Shown: piece by piece, positions 13,001 through 25,025 of the stretch
Position numbering within the stretch: the stretch's first letter is position 1
Layout: each line of letters opens with the position of its first letter
NCBI GenBank assembly: GCA_028534125.1
Contig: CM052818.1
Coordinates: 6,264,001 to 6,328,000 of the forward strand
DNA: 64,000 nucleotides
Origin: Lama glama
Taxonomy: Eukaryota
Reading direction: 5' to 3'
Notes under the pieces: generated by a model
What the model was told of the DNA's origin: nothing
The model's database searches: none
The model's input: only the letters and a program-made list of their open reading frames with translations
Program-made: the position numbers and the translations under genes

Positions 13001-13864
13001 TACTATGGACATATTAATGGGCTCTCACACAATCAGGCCAACAGCACTTTCTACGTGACGGGGTTTACTCAGGGATCAGATACAAAACGAACAGGAAGGG
13101 AAGAAAGCCAGTAGCAACGTGCTTGCAGAACTCTTGGAGGCTCCAGAACCGACTTCTGAACATCACAGCCCATAACGCTCGGTGCCCTCTATAGAACCTA
13201 GTAAAAATATCAAGTCATCAGCTAAGCTGCTTATCAGGATGGTCATGGAAACAAAAAGAGTAACTGCCGTTTATGAGAGGGAATAATCTCAAAACCCAAG
13301 GTTGCTAAATGCAGGGACCCTGATGAACACTGCAGGAACAAAACAAGGAGGGAAGCAAAGCTCTCGGCTCAGCCCAGTAACCAGGGCTCTTGACCTTCCC
13401 TGGTGCTGCCCACTTGCACTGAAGCCCTGCATTCACCCTCTCAGCTCTGCCCTGTGCCTGAGCCAGGGTCTTCATGTCTGACAGCAATTTGGGAGCCCTG
13501 CCTGACTAGTTGGTGAGGCTGGAGTCAGCCTTGCTGCCCTGGATTCTCAGACAACAACACACTCACCCAACAGCAACCCTCCCCAAATCTCATCACAATT
13601 GTCTTCCATGTGATTGTTGCTGAAGCCATACACCGGGCTAACCCAACCAAGACCAAGTTGGCTACGTTCTCTGGACACTCCTATTAAGGCCACTCTAGAG
13701 CTTGTTAGTCCCCCTGGCAAAGCCCGCCTTTTCCATGCCCACTGCCCTCATCCTCCTCAACTCACCAGTAAGATGGCCTTGGCCCACTGCCAGCACAGTC
13801 TAGGCTTAGAAGAGCCCATGGCCACTCTTCTTGGACAATGTAATTTTGTAAGCAACTGTCTAAG

Positions 13865-14065
13865 TGTGGAGAACCACCGCTCTCAGAGTCAGAAAGCCCA
13901 AGCTCAATTCTCAAACCCCACCATTTATTAACTGGTGGGAATCTGGGTGAGTGCCTCTCCAAACTTCATTATCTTCCCTTGAAAAAGTGGAGTCATAGTA
14001 CCTTTCAACACAGTTATCCTCAGGTTGAGTGAACATTGTGTAAACTACAAGACGCTTTAAAACTT
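13865..14065 (+). mobile_element. MIR SINE, degenerate
   Basis: CAGAGTCAGAAAGCCC...CCATTTATTAACTG...GAAAAAGTGGAGTCATAGTACC follows the MIR layout. Confidence 0.55.
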
Positions 14066-15099
14066 AAGGGTTTTTTTTTCATTTGTCCAGACATAAAAGA
14101 TGTAGAAGCTACGTTATTGGAATCTAGGCTCTCGATAAAAGATTTGTTAAATGACTACATGAATGTATAAAACCTATATTTCACATTCTTAAAATAAAAG
14201 CTATATCTTGGATTAAAATATACATTAATCTCAAAAGAGAGCTCTAGATATCGAAGATCCTACAAAAGCCTTCAATTTTTTTTAAATAAAAACCTTCTTA
14301 CACACTATGCTAACTGTCTCTTCCTCTAAAGCCCAAGTGTCAGCACCTATTGCTGGCCACTGCCACTTTGTCATCTATTTTCATGGCAATTACCTCTTAA
14401 CTGGTCTCCCTGGCTCTGGCTGAGGCAGGGGAGGGCAGGGGAGGCCACCAGGATTGCAATAGACCAGAGTAACAGATAGGTGGGAGCCAGCTGAAGAAGT
14501 GGTCAGAAGAGGAATGCCATGTCGTGAGGCTAACATCAGTCTGGGCGAGGAGATAACCAGGAACACCAGCGCAGAGGGAGCAGTCAGAGCAGGAGGGGAC
14601 GTAACTGTCCACATGGAGAACATGGGACTGGGTGGACGTGGGGGGCTGAGGTGGAACATGGAGTTCCGGTGTCCTACGCCCTAGGCATAAGCCGCTGTCA
14701 CAGCAGCCTCAGCTGGATGCTTCTGCAGCCCTTCACTCCACCTCTCCCCAGGGTGAAAACGTCTGCCTTTCACAGTGGGTCAGCAAGCACCCTCTGACTT
14801 CACTTGTTCTCTGATCTTCAGTTTATTAATTTTCTCTGTTTATACCTTATTAGTGAAAATCTTATCATTATTTTTTGTATTTTCAAGTGCCTAAGAATGA
14901 TGCTTCAATTATAGAAAGCCCTTAATAAATATGTATTAATTTCTCAACTGAAACTGTTGGCTTTATACTTACTCTAAAGGCTTCCTTCTATCAGTCCTCA
15001 GAAAGCTAATTCTAAGGCAAGACCCCTCACTGTAGAACCACGGGAGGTCTTTCATCAAAGCAAAGTGTCCTAAAGCAAACTTTCAAAAAGGCAGGACAC

Positions 15100-15305
15100 C
15101 TATAGTGGTAATGGGCATACTTTAGAGTCAGATCATCAGAATTCGAATCCTGGTGGCCCCGCTTACCAACCGTGTGACTTCAGGGTATTAAGTAACCTCT
15201 CTATGCCTAAACCCCACCCACAGAGCTGCTATGATGCCTAAATTAACTAACCCACAAAAACCTCTTAGGTTCTTACCTACATGTACCTACTTAATAAAAA
15301 GTAAC
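15100..15305 (+). mobile_element. MIR SINE
   Basis: TAGAGTCAGA...TTCGAATCCTGG...CTTACCAACCGTGTGACTT...AACCTCTCTATGCCT. Confidence 0.7.
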
Positions 15306-15311
15306 TAGCAA

Positions 15312-15337
15312 TCGCTTTGGGCAGCACATATACTAAA
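15312..15337 (+). pseudogene. RNU6: U6 snRNA 5' fragment (3'-truncated retrocopy)
   Basis: TCGCTTTGGGCAGCACATATACTAAA versus U6 5' end GTGCTCGCTTCGGCAGCACATATACTAAAA. Exact 18-mer at 15320-15337, followed by a (GAA)n purine run. Confidence 0.85.
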
Positions 15338-15388
15338 GAAAGAAGAAGAAGAAAACTATTATTAAAGTAGATGTCAAAAATACATTTG

Positions 15389-15507
15389 GGGAAGGTGTAG
15401 CTCAGTGGTAGAGTGCGTGCTTAGCATGCAGGAGGTCCTGGATTCGATCCCCAGTACTGTTAAATAAATAAATAAATATAAACTTAATTGCCTCCCCCAC
15501 CAAAAGA
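15389..15507 (+). mobile_element. Camelid tRNA-Ala-derived SINE (Vic-1 type)
   Basis: Head GGTGTAGCTCAGTGGTAGAGTGCGTGCTTAGCATGC...GGATTCGATCCCCAG with A and B boxes, (AAAT)n and A tail. TSD AAAAATACATTTG (15376-15388) / AAAATTACATTTG (15508-15520). Confidence 0.9.
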
Positions 15508-17669
15508 AAAATTACATTTGATGAGTGTGAGTTTATATCTTCTATTGGACTAATACTATGAGCTGAGAGAACCTATGAAGTGTGAATAATTAATGTGTAT
15601 CTCTGAACGCCTAAATTAACTCAAAATGTTTTCCCTGCATAGGGACTAATGTTCTATAATTTCGTGGGGGTCATTAAACATATTTTGGTTGACTCTTCTG
15701 GATTTGAATTTATGTTTTACAGTCTTGGAAATCTTTTAAAGGAACTGAAGTCCTTTGGTTGAACAAAAAAAGCTAGAGAGAGAAAGAGAAAAGGAGGAGA
15801 AACAGTCTGCACTCATACTATCCTCCAATTATTCTCATTCCTCAAAATGGGGTTTGATTATTTTTAACAGAGAAAATGTTGCCATAGACCAACTCAAAAT
15901 CGATTTATTAAAATTGACAGATTATCCAATTCCTTACCATAAAAGGATGCACCCACACTCTCTGCATGCTTTTCTCCAAGAAACCTGGGGCTGCAAATGC
16001 CTTCCTAGAATGCTATCAATTTAAATGACTGAAAACAATAACACATAATAAGTGACAGATTTTTCAAATCAGATAAAGATGGGAACCAGATTATCTGTCT
16101 GGGGGTGATAGATTGCAGCAATAATAAATTCACTTGAAGACACTGGATCAATTTTTAATCAAGCCAAGAATTATTATTGCAGAAAGATAAAATGACCCAT
16201 GAGAAGATGCCTTAATTTTCCACCAATCAAATTATAGCCTTTCTAAATAAGATGTAATGAGATCCATGGAATATCCAGGTTACACATCCCACCTAATTAC
16301 CCATGTTCCCTGTCATGTAGTGATATACTAGTGGTAAACTGACCTCTGAATTTGCCCAGATGAAAAGGTAATTAGTTTTTCCACCAAGCTGTAGTGAAAA
16401 TAACAGCGGTGACACATGTCATCTTCTTCCACCAAGTCACAGTCTCTGAGGTGTTTGTTCTTAAAATATACAGGATATGACCTACTGGGTAATAAACTAC
16501 ACAGTCATTAAGTGAAGCTTGTGTCTGACAGAAAAACAGCCGCCATCTCTAAATTGAGAAAAAAGGGCCTGGAGGTAAAGCAAATCAGTCTACACTTGAC
16601 ATTAAACTTTATCAGCAGGGAACAATGCCCTCTCCTCCAGGAACAACCAATCAGGAAATGGAACTTATAATTACTGACGATTGTGAAGACCCTGTAGAGA
16701 GACCCGTATGCTCTGTCTGCCTGACTTGTTCCCAGCTCTCCTTTCAAGACTTGGGATCTCTCCCAACTCAGCTTTCCTCATTCAAAGGCTTATGCTAAGA
16801 AAGAGCATCAGCATAAATCTAGGCATCCCCCCGAACTAACCCTAAGTGGCTTCCCTCCATTGTCACTCATTCCACAAACACCCCTTCTTTCCCCTTCCTC
16901 TCTCCAATTCTCAAAACAGACAACCCCGCTTGGCTGGATCAACCTTCTTCATAAAGTCTACTTGTTCTTCATCCCTATCTTTGGACACAAAACTGAGCTC
17001 TTCCAGCATCAGAATTTCCTATATTTATTGGAAATTCATTCAATTTATCACTATTTCAATCCCCTCTTAATCTCCTACTAATGCTTATAATGTGCCTATA
17101 AAGAGACAATTAATAAATTAGTGATCCAGGGTCATGTTTAGGTTTCCAATGTTAATGATTATCAGTTGTTGATTTGAAATTAAGTCTCTTGAATTTATCC
17201 CTGTCATTAAACCCTTTCAAGTAGTTTACATTTCGCAAAGAGTATGAGAATTGCAAAGATCTTGCATTTTCAAACAGTGCAAGGCCAAGCCAGTTTCCCA
17301 TCTGATAGCTCTCAGAAAGACACTCTTTTAAGTTAATGAACAGTAATCCTTCATGATGAGACTTACCTCTCAGTGAATGCATTTACTACTAGATTTTTTC
17401 CCAATTGATGATGTTTGTACAGTTTGTCTTTTTAATCATTGCATATACATTTAACCCTTTTTCATAACGTATGATCATTCAAATCATCAGTCAAGGCATA
17501 CTCACAGTAAGAGCAAAATTATGATTAAAAAATGCCAATTATTCTAATGTACCACCAGATAGTATTTCATTCAATTGCAGATCTCAACAACAATAATCCC
17601 AAAATTTATTTAATAATAACTAACAAATTTTAGTTGTTTTGTTATTTTTATTATTTAGTATATTATACA

Positions 17670-18017
17670 TGTTGATATCTGAATGTTTATATGCCCCTGG
17701 AAGTGTTGAAGCCCTCACCTCCAGTGTGATGGTATTTGGAAGTGGGACCTTTGGGACGTAACTAGGTTTAGAGGCGGTCATGAGGGTAGAGCACCCATGA
17801 TGAAATTAGTGCCCTTATAAGAGGAAGAGACACAGAGCCTCCTCTTTCTACCACATGAGGGAACAGCAAGATGGCGACTATCTGCAAGCCAGGAAGAGCG
17901 TCTTCACCAAGAATTGAATCTGGGACACTTTGACCTTGGACATCTCAGATTCCAGAACTGTGAGAAATAAATGTCTGTTGGTTAAGCCACCCAAAGTGTG
18001 GTAGCTAGGCTAAGACA
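17670..18017 (+). mobile_element. MaLR solo LTR (MLT1A-type)
   Basis: TG...CA termini, GTGATGGTATTTGGAAGTGGGACCTTTGGG, CCAGAACTGTGAGAAATAAATGTCTGTTG. Flanks ATACA/ATATA. Confidence 0.85.
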
Positions 18018-19177
18018 ATATATAAATATATAATAACTGTTATAGTAAATATTATATTAAGATTAATTTATAATAATATATAATACATAAAATAATATCA
18101 ACTGACACTCTTTCAGGCATTCTGTAAACAGTTTTACACTGACTGTATCAATCCCCCAGCTCAAGAGATAACTGCTTCATTCTAGTTTTACAGATGGAAA
18201 AAAATCAAGGCTTGAAGAGGGTAGCAAACTTGCACAAGGCCCCCACAAGGGGTGAAACCCACGACATCTGTCTCCATGCTTACCCACTAAAATACTAAGT
18301 AAGCTTTCTCAGAAATTGGTCAAGTTCACTCTCATTTACTCTTTTACCAGGATTATAATTCCTGGGCAACGGTCAATGCTATGATGTCCCACAAGTGATT
18401 TTTCCCCATTTTTATGATGTCTTGGCTTTGGGTGGTACAGTCTCCTCTGAGCACTCTGTCTTAGAAATAATTGGCTCAAGCACAAAGAGAGTTATCCCCA
18501 GTTTAATGAATTTCAGTAATTCATCGTTTTGCTACCCCAATTTATTAATAACAATTACAACAAAATTGGCATGCTGTATAAATTCTTACATATTCTCTTT
18601 ACTTTAAAATACTGTCCCTGGTAGTCTTAAAGGGTGATGTGTTAAGATTTATGGCTTATTATAAGTAACATAGCTATAGCCAATTGACCATAAAAGCCAA
18701 CTATTCTTAAGTAATTAAAAATGCCCATTGTAGTAAATGGAATATTTGCTTGAATATGTCTTTGGAATATTAATATTTCAAATATCCCTTTGCATTTGGT
18801 CAAACCAATGCTTACATATTAGCTGAATATATGCTGCTCCCTCTATAGTAGGTTTTTATGGATGAAATCAGATCATTATCTAAACACAAATAATTATCCA
18901 TAGATTTATAATACTCGTCTATATTAAATGTCTGAACACTAGCAAGTAGCTCATGGATTCAACAGTAAATACGTCCACAAATCTGTATCAATGAAAACCA
19001 CTGCATTACAAATCCATTGATTCTCACAGTCTAAATAAGTTAATGTACAAAGACAGTATTGTCACTCTAATGTGTTGATATGGCCAAAAAGATTTGATGT
19101 CAGCCAACAGATTTTCTATATATCACTTTCATCGACTTGCTTCCTATTATTACACAGTATCGAAAACATCCCCTTAC

Positions 19178-19265
19178 AGGGTGACCAACTGTCCCAGTTT
19201 ACCTGCAACTATCCTAGTTTTAGCACTGAAAGTTCTGTACCCTGGGAAACTCCACAGTCTCAGGC
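19178..19265. mobile_element. MER81-like hAT-Blackjack MITE, partial
   Basis: CAGGGTGACCAACTGTCCCAGTTT...GTTTTAGCACTGAAAGT. Confidence 0.75.
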
Positions 19266-19301
19266 TCTCCCTAAATCATCCTGCAGCACCCCCTGCCCAG
19301 A

Positions 19302-19801
19302 NNNNNNNNNNNNNNNNNNNNNNNNNNNNNNNNNNNNNNNNNNNNNNNNNNNNNNNNNNNNNNNNNNNNNNNNNNNNNNNNNNNNNNNNNNNNNNNNNNN
19401 NNNNNNNNNNNNNNNNNNNNNNNNNNNNNNNNNNNNNNNNNNNNNNNNNNNNNNNNNNNNNNNNNNNNNNNNNNNNNNNNNNNNNNNNNNNNNNNNNNNN
19501 NNNNNNNNNNNNNNNNNNNNNNNNNNNNNNNNNNNNNNNNNNNNNNNNNNNNNNNNNNNNNNNNNNNNNNNNNNNNNNNNNNNNNNNNNNNNNNNNNNNN
19601 NNNNNNNNNNNNNNNNNNNNNNNNNNNNNNNNNNNNNNNNNNNNNNNNNNNNNNNNNNNNNNNNNNNNNNNNNNNNNNNNNNNNNNNNNNNNNNNNNNNN
19701 NNNNNNNNNNNNNNNNNNNNNNNNNNNNNNNNNNNNNNNNNNNNNNNNNNNNNNNNNNNNNNNNNNNNNNNNNNNNNNNNNNNNNNNNNNNNNNNNNNNN
19801 N
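19302..19801. other. Assembly gap of exactly 500 N
   Basis: Directly visible. Confidence 1.
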
Positions 19802-22341
19802 AAACAGATATATCCAGTAGATATTCAGATATAAGTACCTGGGACTGAGATAAGAGACTGAGTTGCAAAGACAGGCTGAGGAGGCATTGGGTTATAAGTG
19901 GAAGTAGAAACGAGATGAAGTAGAGTGGACAAGAGGACTTGGGGAGACTGAGTGAGAAAAGAAGAGGCAGATGACGAATATCTTGCCTGATCCCTTGAAT
20001 CATATTGATTCTTAAAATGGCAGCTCTAGATTCCACTCATCTGACATTCTATGTCTTCATCTTGCTGAATTTGAACTGGCCAGTTATTCTTTTGCTCGAT
20101 GGACTGTTCTGAACTATTCCTGGGAGCCCAGTTTTCCTGAACTCCTCAAGGCATCTTCGCTGTAAGCAACCCTAAGGTTTGGCCTAGGAGCCCTGTGTGA
20201 GCAATTCAGTTTTCTTTCTTTCTTTCTCTCTCTTGCTTTCTTTCTTTTGCACAAATATTTACTGAGCACTAATCATGTGCCAGGCACTGCTCCACAACTA
20301 GAAGCAATGAACCAAAAAAGCAGAGTATTACTATAGCATATACTCAAAGGCTATATTTAAGAGAAATGAGCTAAAGTTATTTTTACTAATTTTTAAAATT
20401 TTGCTTTGTTAAGAAAATAGCGGTAGAGCTTTGAAGTCTCTTTGAACTTGACTTTCTAAATAGAATCAAAAGAGCACCATGTAGTTACTGAAGGTATAAA
20501 TGTTCTTTCTAAGTCACTAAGCACTAAAGCACTGGATAAACATGGGATATGTTATTAGAGGGAGACACAGTACCGTTTACAGTGAGCTCAAGGCTCAGAA
20601 CTACACTGACACAGCACTCAGCCCTTACCTCTCCAACGTAACCACCCACCATTCAGCACTCCATAGAACAAACCTGTATCACCCTTTATAATATCCATTC
20701 TCCTTTCAGTGGTTGGAAACATTCTATCTAGTGGCAATAAGTGCTCCCATGGGCTATTGTTCCAGGCCACTGGGATGCCTTCCGAAATGCCTCTACTTAC
20801 TAATGGCAAGTTTCAGTGAGATCATAGAAAGCACACAGTTGGCTCTTTTTGAGGAAAATCCGCCTTTTAAATCATATATTAAAATATCCTCCTAACTTCC
20901 AAAAGGCAAGAAAAATTATTCTTAATTAAATGTGTAATGTTTATTATAGTTAGAGTATTAGTTTTAGGTCAAATTTATGATGCACTAGATTTGTACTTTT
21001 TATATTATTATAAGGACTTTATAGTTCATTGAGATTTCTTATATAATCAATGTGTATAGTATATTTGAGCCCATTTATATGACAGAGTATAATTTTATTC
21101 TTTAGAATTATTACAGAGGTTTATAGCTGTCGCATCTTTGCTTTTATGACATATTTTTATCACATCTATGGTTTATTTAATGGCAAGTCCTTGGTCAGGA
21201 ATGCAATGCCCAATTATGACATTGTTCTTATGGGAAAATGTGACTGCTTTATGATAGAGTTTCCAGGAATGGATTGTGCTCAAAGGCAGAGACTAATTGT
21301 GCTTTGAAAGGAACAACTCTTAAGAGAGAGTGAGGGTGTGTGTGCTGTCACGTATAAGACTCCTTCTCTAACCAAGACACATCACTAGGCACTCTCTTCC
21401 ACCACTCAGGCTTGGAAAAACACACCAACTCTTTTGACATATTTCCTATCTATCATTCATACATGTTTAGTGACGGAGAGGAAAAGGCTGTATGTGATTA
21501 TCCACACATCCATCACACACCTCAAGAATAAAAGCCATCATCTGGCCTCTCAGATACCAATTTCCCATTACAGGTGGCAGGAAATTTCAGTAACTTCAAG
21601 CAGTGCCTGGCTTCTGACAACTTTAGTGGGCTGCTTCCTCCAAGATGCACTTAGGGAAGACCAACAATACAGCGGCACAGAACCCACGTGAAAAAAATCC
21701 CCAAATCCAAAGTTCAGATCAAGGACTTCAGTGTGGCTCTGGTTGTCCCTTGATATTCCAGATTCCTAAAATGTCTGCCTTTTTTCACAAAGGTTTCTTA
21801 GCTTCAACACATATGTTCAATTCTTCTAAAAGGATTCCCTATTTGGTAACACCTAAAAAGTTGCATAAATAGTCATTTTTGAAATAAAAAGTTCCCTTCT
21901 CATTCACTTTTTAAAAAGTAAGTTTCTTAAATATGGCAAATGAATGAATGAAGAATTCCAGATGTCTGGGAAGGTTGGGATACCCAACAGGACAGAAGAT
22001 GTGGAAAATTTCTGATCTGCCTCCAACTAGCCAAAGCATCTGAAACATCAGAATAAGATTTGGCCATGAGGCTATGTAAGCTCATATGTAACTCGTCCTT
22101 CTACATGCAGAGCTTAAGCAGTTTCAGTTTAGTGGCAGTTTTTGACTGCTCAAGCCACTTGCCTGGCTGTGGTCACAGCAAGAGTTCACACCAAGGAATG
22201 TGGCAGGAGTAAGTGGAGGGGGAAGAACCCTGTCACACTAGGGTAACAGCCGCTGTAGTGGCAAGACAGTCAGGCTGGCGAAGAACAAGATCTGAAAGCT
22301 GGGGAGTCACATCAGGAAGAATGGCAGGTGCCCAGTCAGTG

Positions 22342-22800
22342 TGTCAGTTAGGATTCAGCTGCAGCCAACAGAAACCACTCTGAGCAGTTACAGCATAAGG
22401 CGATTCATTGCTAGGCATTAGGTGGCTTAAAACACCTATGCAGAGCTTGCAGGAATACATCCCAGGGCCCAGCCACAGTGGGGAAAGCCATCGCAGCAAG
22501 CTGGCGAATGTGGAACTCAGCGGTCTCCGGCCTGAGGTGCAGCAGCAAAGTGGACGCTTCATGCCCTGCTTCTTACTCCATTCCACTCAGCTCTGAAAGC
22601 TAGCCCTGCACACAGGCAGAGCCAGTATAGCACCCAGAGACCGAGCTCTAGGGAAGTCTTCTCAAGCAGTTTTTCATTTTCCAGCATCTACAGCACAGGG
22701 AGTTGGAATAGATGTTAAGGTCACAGATGGAAAGGTTGGAGTTTACACTGAGGAATTAAATCAGCGATGGATGGAGCAGGGGTGTGTTGGCAACTTGATA
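22342..22800 (-). mobile_element. Old MaLR LTR (MLT1J/K/L-type), right boundary approximate
   Basis: Begins TGTCAGTTAGGATTCAGCTGCAGCCAACAGAAACCACTCTG, the reverse complement of an MLT1 3' end. Confidence 0.55.
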
Positions 22801-23480
22801 GGATGCAAGAAAGAAGAAAAGCTGGTCCTATCCAAAAAAGTAGACTAGGACAGGGGAACAAATTCAAGAATGGGAACTTACCAGGCGTCAAGCCTAGGAC
22901 CACATTCTTTACAGTCAACAGCTTTAATTTCTCCCTAGGAGGAAAAAATTTACTAGTGGGATCTGCCGTCAAATGTTTTTTGTTTGTTTGTTTACCTATC
23001 TATCTAAACAGGCATCTAAGGTCTTCCGGGTAAGGTCCTTAACGGAGCCAAGGCTGTAGGAGAGACTGGATGAAAAGAGGGTGGTCTTCCCTGAGATCCT
23101 GGCCTTAGACTTGCTAAGTGCAAGTCATGTCATCTTCTTTAGCCCGTCACAACCTTCCCTCCCTCTGGGACAACCTCTAGGACACTCAGGATGCAGCCAG
23201 GGCTTGGTATGTAGCAGAAGTTCTGACACAAGGGAGATGAGCACACAGTCACTTGTTCATCCAGTGAAGCAGTCAGCTTCCTCTGCTCACTACAAGGTCA
23301 ACCACAGCTGCCACTGCCTTGGGCTTCTCCCAGCATCATTTCACCTGCTGGACACTGAAAGGAGGTTGCCAGCCCCCAAATTGCACATGTTAGAGCCCAG
23401 GGCTTCCTTGTGTGTGCACATGCTTGGTCATTATGGGCCAATGTCTTTAATGGCCACTTTTAATAAAACCTCACCAAACA

Positions 23481-23588
23481 GGGGGGAGGGAAATAGCTGG
23501 GGGGTGGTTATAGCTCAGCGGTAGAGTACATGCTTAGCATGTCCTGGGTTCAATCCCCACGTATCTCCATTTGAAAAAAAAGGAAAAA
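23481..23588 (+). mobile_element. Camelid Vic-1-type SINE with duplicated 5' head and small internal deletion
   Basis: TATAGCTCAGCGGTAGAGTACATGCTTAGCATGTCCTGGGTTCAATCCCC plus A tail. Approximate TSD AAAACCTCACCAA / AAATTACTCATCAA. Confidence 0.85.
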
Positions 23589-24559
23589 TTACTCATCAAT
23601 CTGAGTCTGGGGAGCAGACCTCTGACACCAGGGCACCCCAATGTTTCTGAGGACAGCTCTACTCTTGAACTCCAGGGATCTGCCCAAGTTAACAATGATA
23701 AAACAATGTCGTTGTTAATTAAGGTATCTTAATTTGCTCCTCACTACAACCTATGGATATAGGCTGGAAAAATATAAGGATTTCCATTTAAAGATGAGGA
23801 AACTGGGATTTAGTATATAGATGAGGAATCTGCCCAAGGTACGTAATGCCAGCCCCAAGCCAGACACCAGGCCCACCAGTTACAGATCCAGGGGCGACCC
23901 TCATACTCCAAACTGCCCAGAGCTTCCGCTGTTTATAGGCAGATCCAAGGAGCAAAGAGGGTGAGGGCGACTCCAAGGCCCACCCCAGAGCTGGGGCAGG
24001 TCCTCAGGAACCGGGAAATACTGACGTGCTTCATTACATTCTTAATGTAATGAACCAACCTTTTCTGGGCCACACTGGGGCAAAATAATTTCACATAATT
24101 CTAAAAACAAATACAGAATTGAATTGGAAGGAATGGGATAAAGAAAGGCAGGAGGAGGAATGGGGAAAGGTCTAATGCCAATTTCTGACTTTTTCAGTGT
24201 CCACTCCCTACCCAAGTCTGACCAGCTTTTAAGTGCTTCTTCCACAGCCCTTTAAAAAGTGCCAGATATACGTATCTTTCCATTTAACCCTAATAGTGCT
24301 TTCAGAATTTCCCCCACAGCCCCTTAAGGTACCTGACAATACCTTAGTCAAGGCAGACATGATGGGAACGATGGAAATAGGAAACCCACTTGTCCTCAAA
24401 CTGACTATTGTCACTTAATGTTTGTACTTCCAAGAAAAGGAGAAACACACAAAATGGAAAAAAAAAAGTAGAAACATACAATTTTGACCTTTAAAAAACA
24501 AGTTTCTGTAAGGAAAGAAACTACTTGCTTTTTTATCCCATATTGGCTTAATATTTAAA

Positions 24560-24703
24560 ACTGGTAACATCTGCTAAGGACATACTTTGTGTCAGGCACT
24601 ACAGCTAAGCCCACGACATACATTTCACTTCACAACACCCTGGGAAATAAGTATTATTCCCATTTTACAGATGAGGAAAAGAAGGAGCAGTAAGATTAAA
24701 TAA
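24560..24703 (-). mobile_element. MIR SINE
   Basis: TGTGTCAGGCACT...CACAACACCCTG...CCCATTTTACAGATGAGGAAA. Confidence 0.8.
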
Positions 24704-25025
24704 GTGCTTCTTGAATTTAGTGTGCCAACACATGACATGAGGATCTTGTTAAAATGCAAATTGATTCAGGAGGTCCTGAGACAAAGACCCAGGACTTGGG
24801 AATGGTGGTCTCCAGGTTCAAAGTCATTAGGTCCACTCCTACTTCCAATGCACTGGTTCCCAAAGTGTGACCCAGAACCAGCAGCAGCAGCCCCTGGAAA
24901 TGTGTTAGAAATGCAAAATCTCGAGCCTTACCCCAGAGAGACTGACTCTGGGGGTGGGGTCCAGTGATCTGTGTCTTAACAAGCCCTCTAGGGTACTCTA
25001 ATGACACTCACGTCCGAAGCCACCA
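24704..25025. mobile_element. Two adjacent MER5-family MITEs (clearer MER5A at ~24851-25025)
   Basis: CTGGTTCCCAAAGTGTGACCCAGAACCAGCAGC...GTTAGAAATGCAAAATCTCGAGCC...TTAACAAGCCCTCTAGG. Confidence 0.75.

Noticed and set aside
14400..14780. Purine-rich, GC-rich segment (and a similar one at ~51700-52450) as novel elements
   Set aside because: Most likely very old LTR remnants; I could not assign a family or find termini.
15389..15462. tRNA-Ala(AGC) gene
   Set aside because: Acceptor stem is broken, and an AT-rich tail plus TSD show it is a SINE. The same applies to the copies at 23481 and 36802.
19072..20036. Three long ORFs of 246-258 aa
   Set aside because: Artefacts of reading through the 500-N gap.
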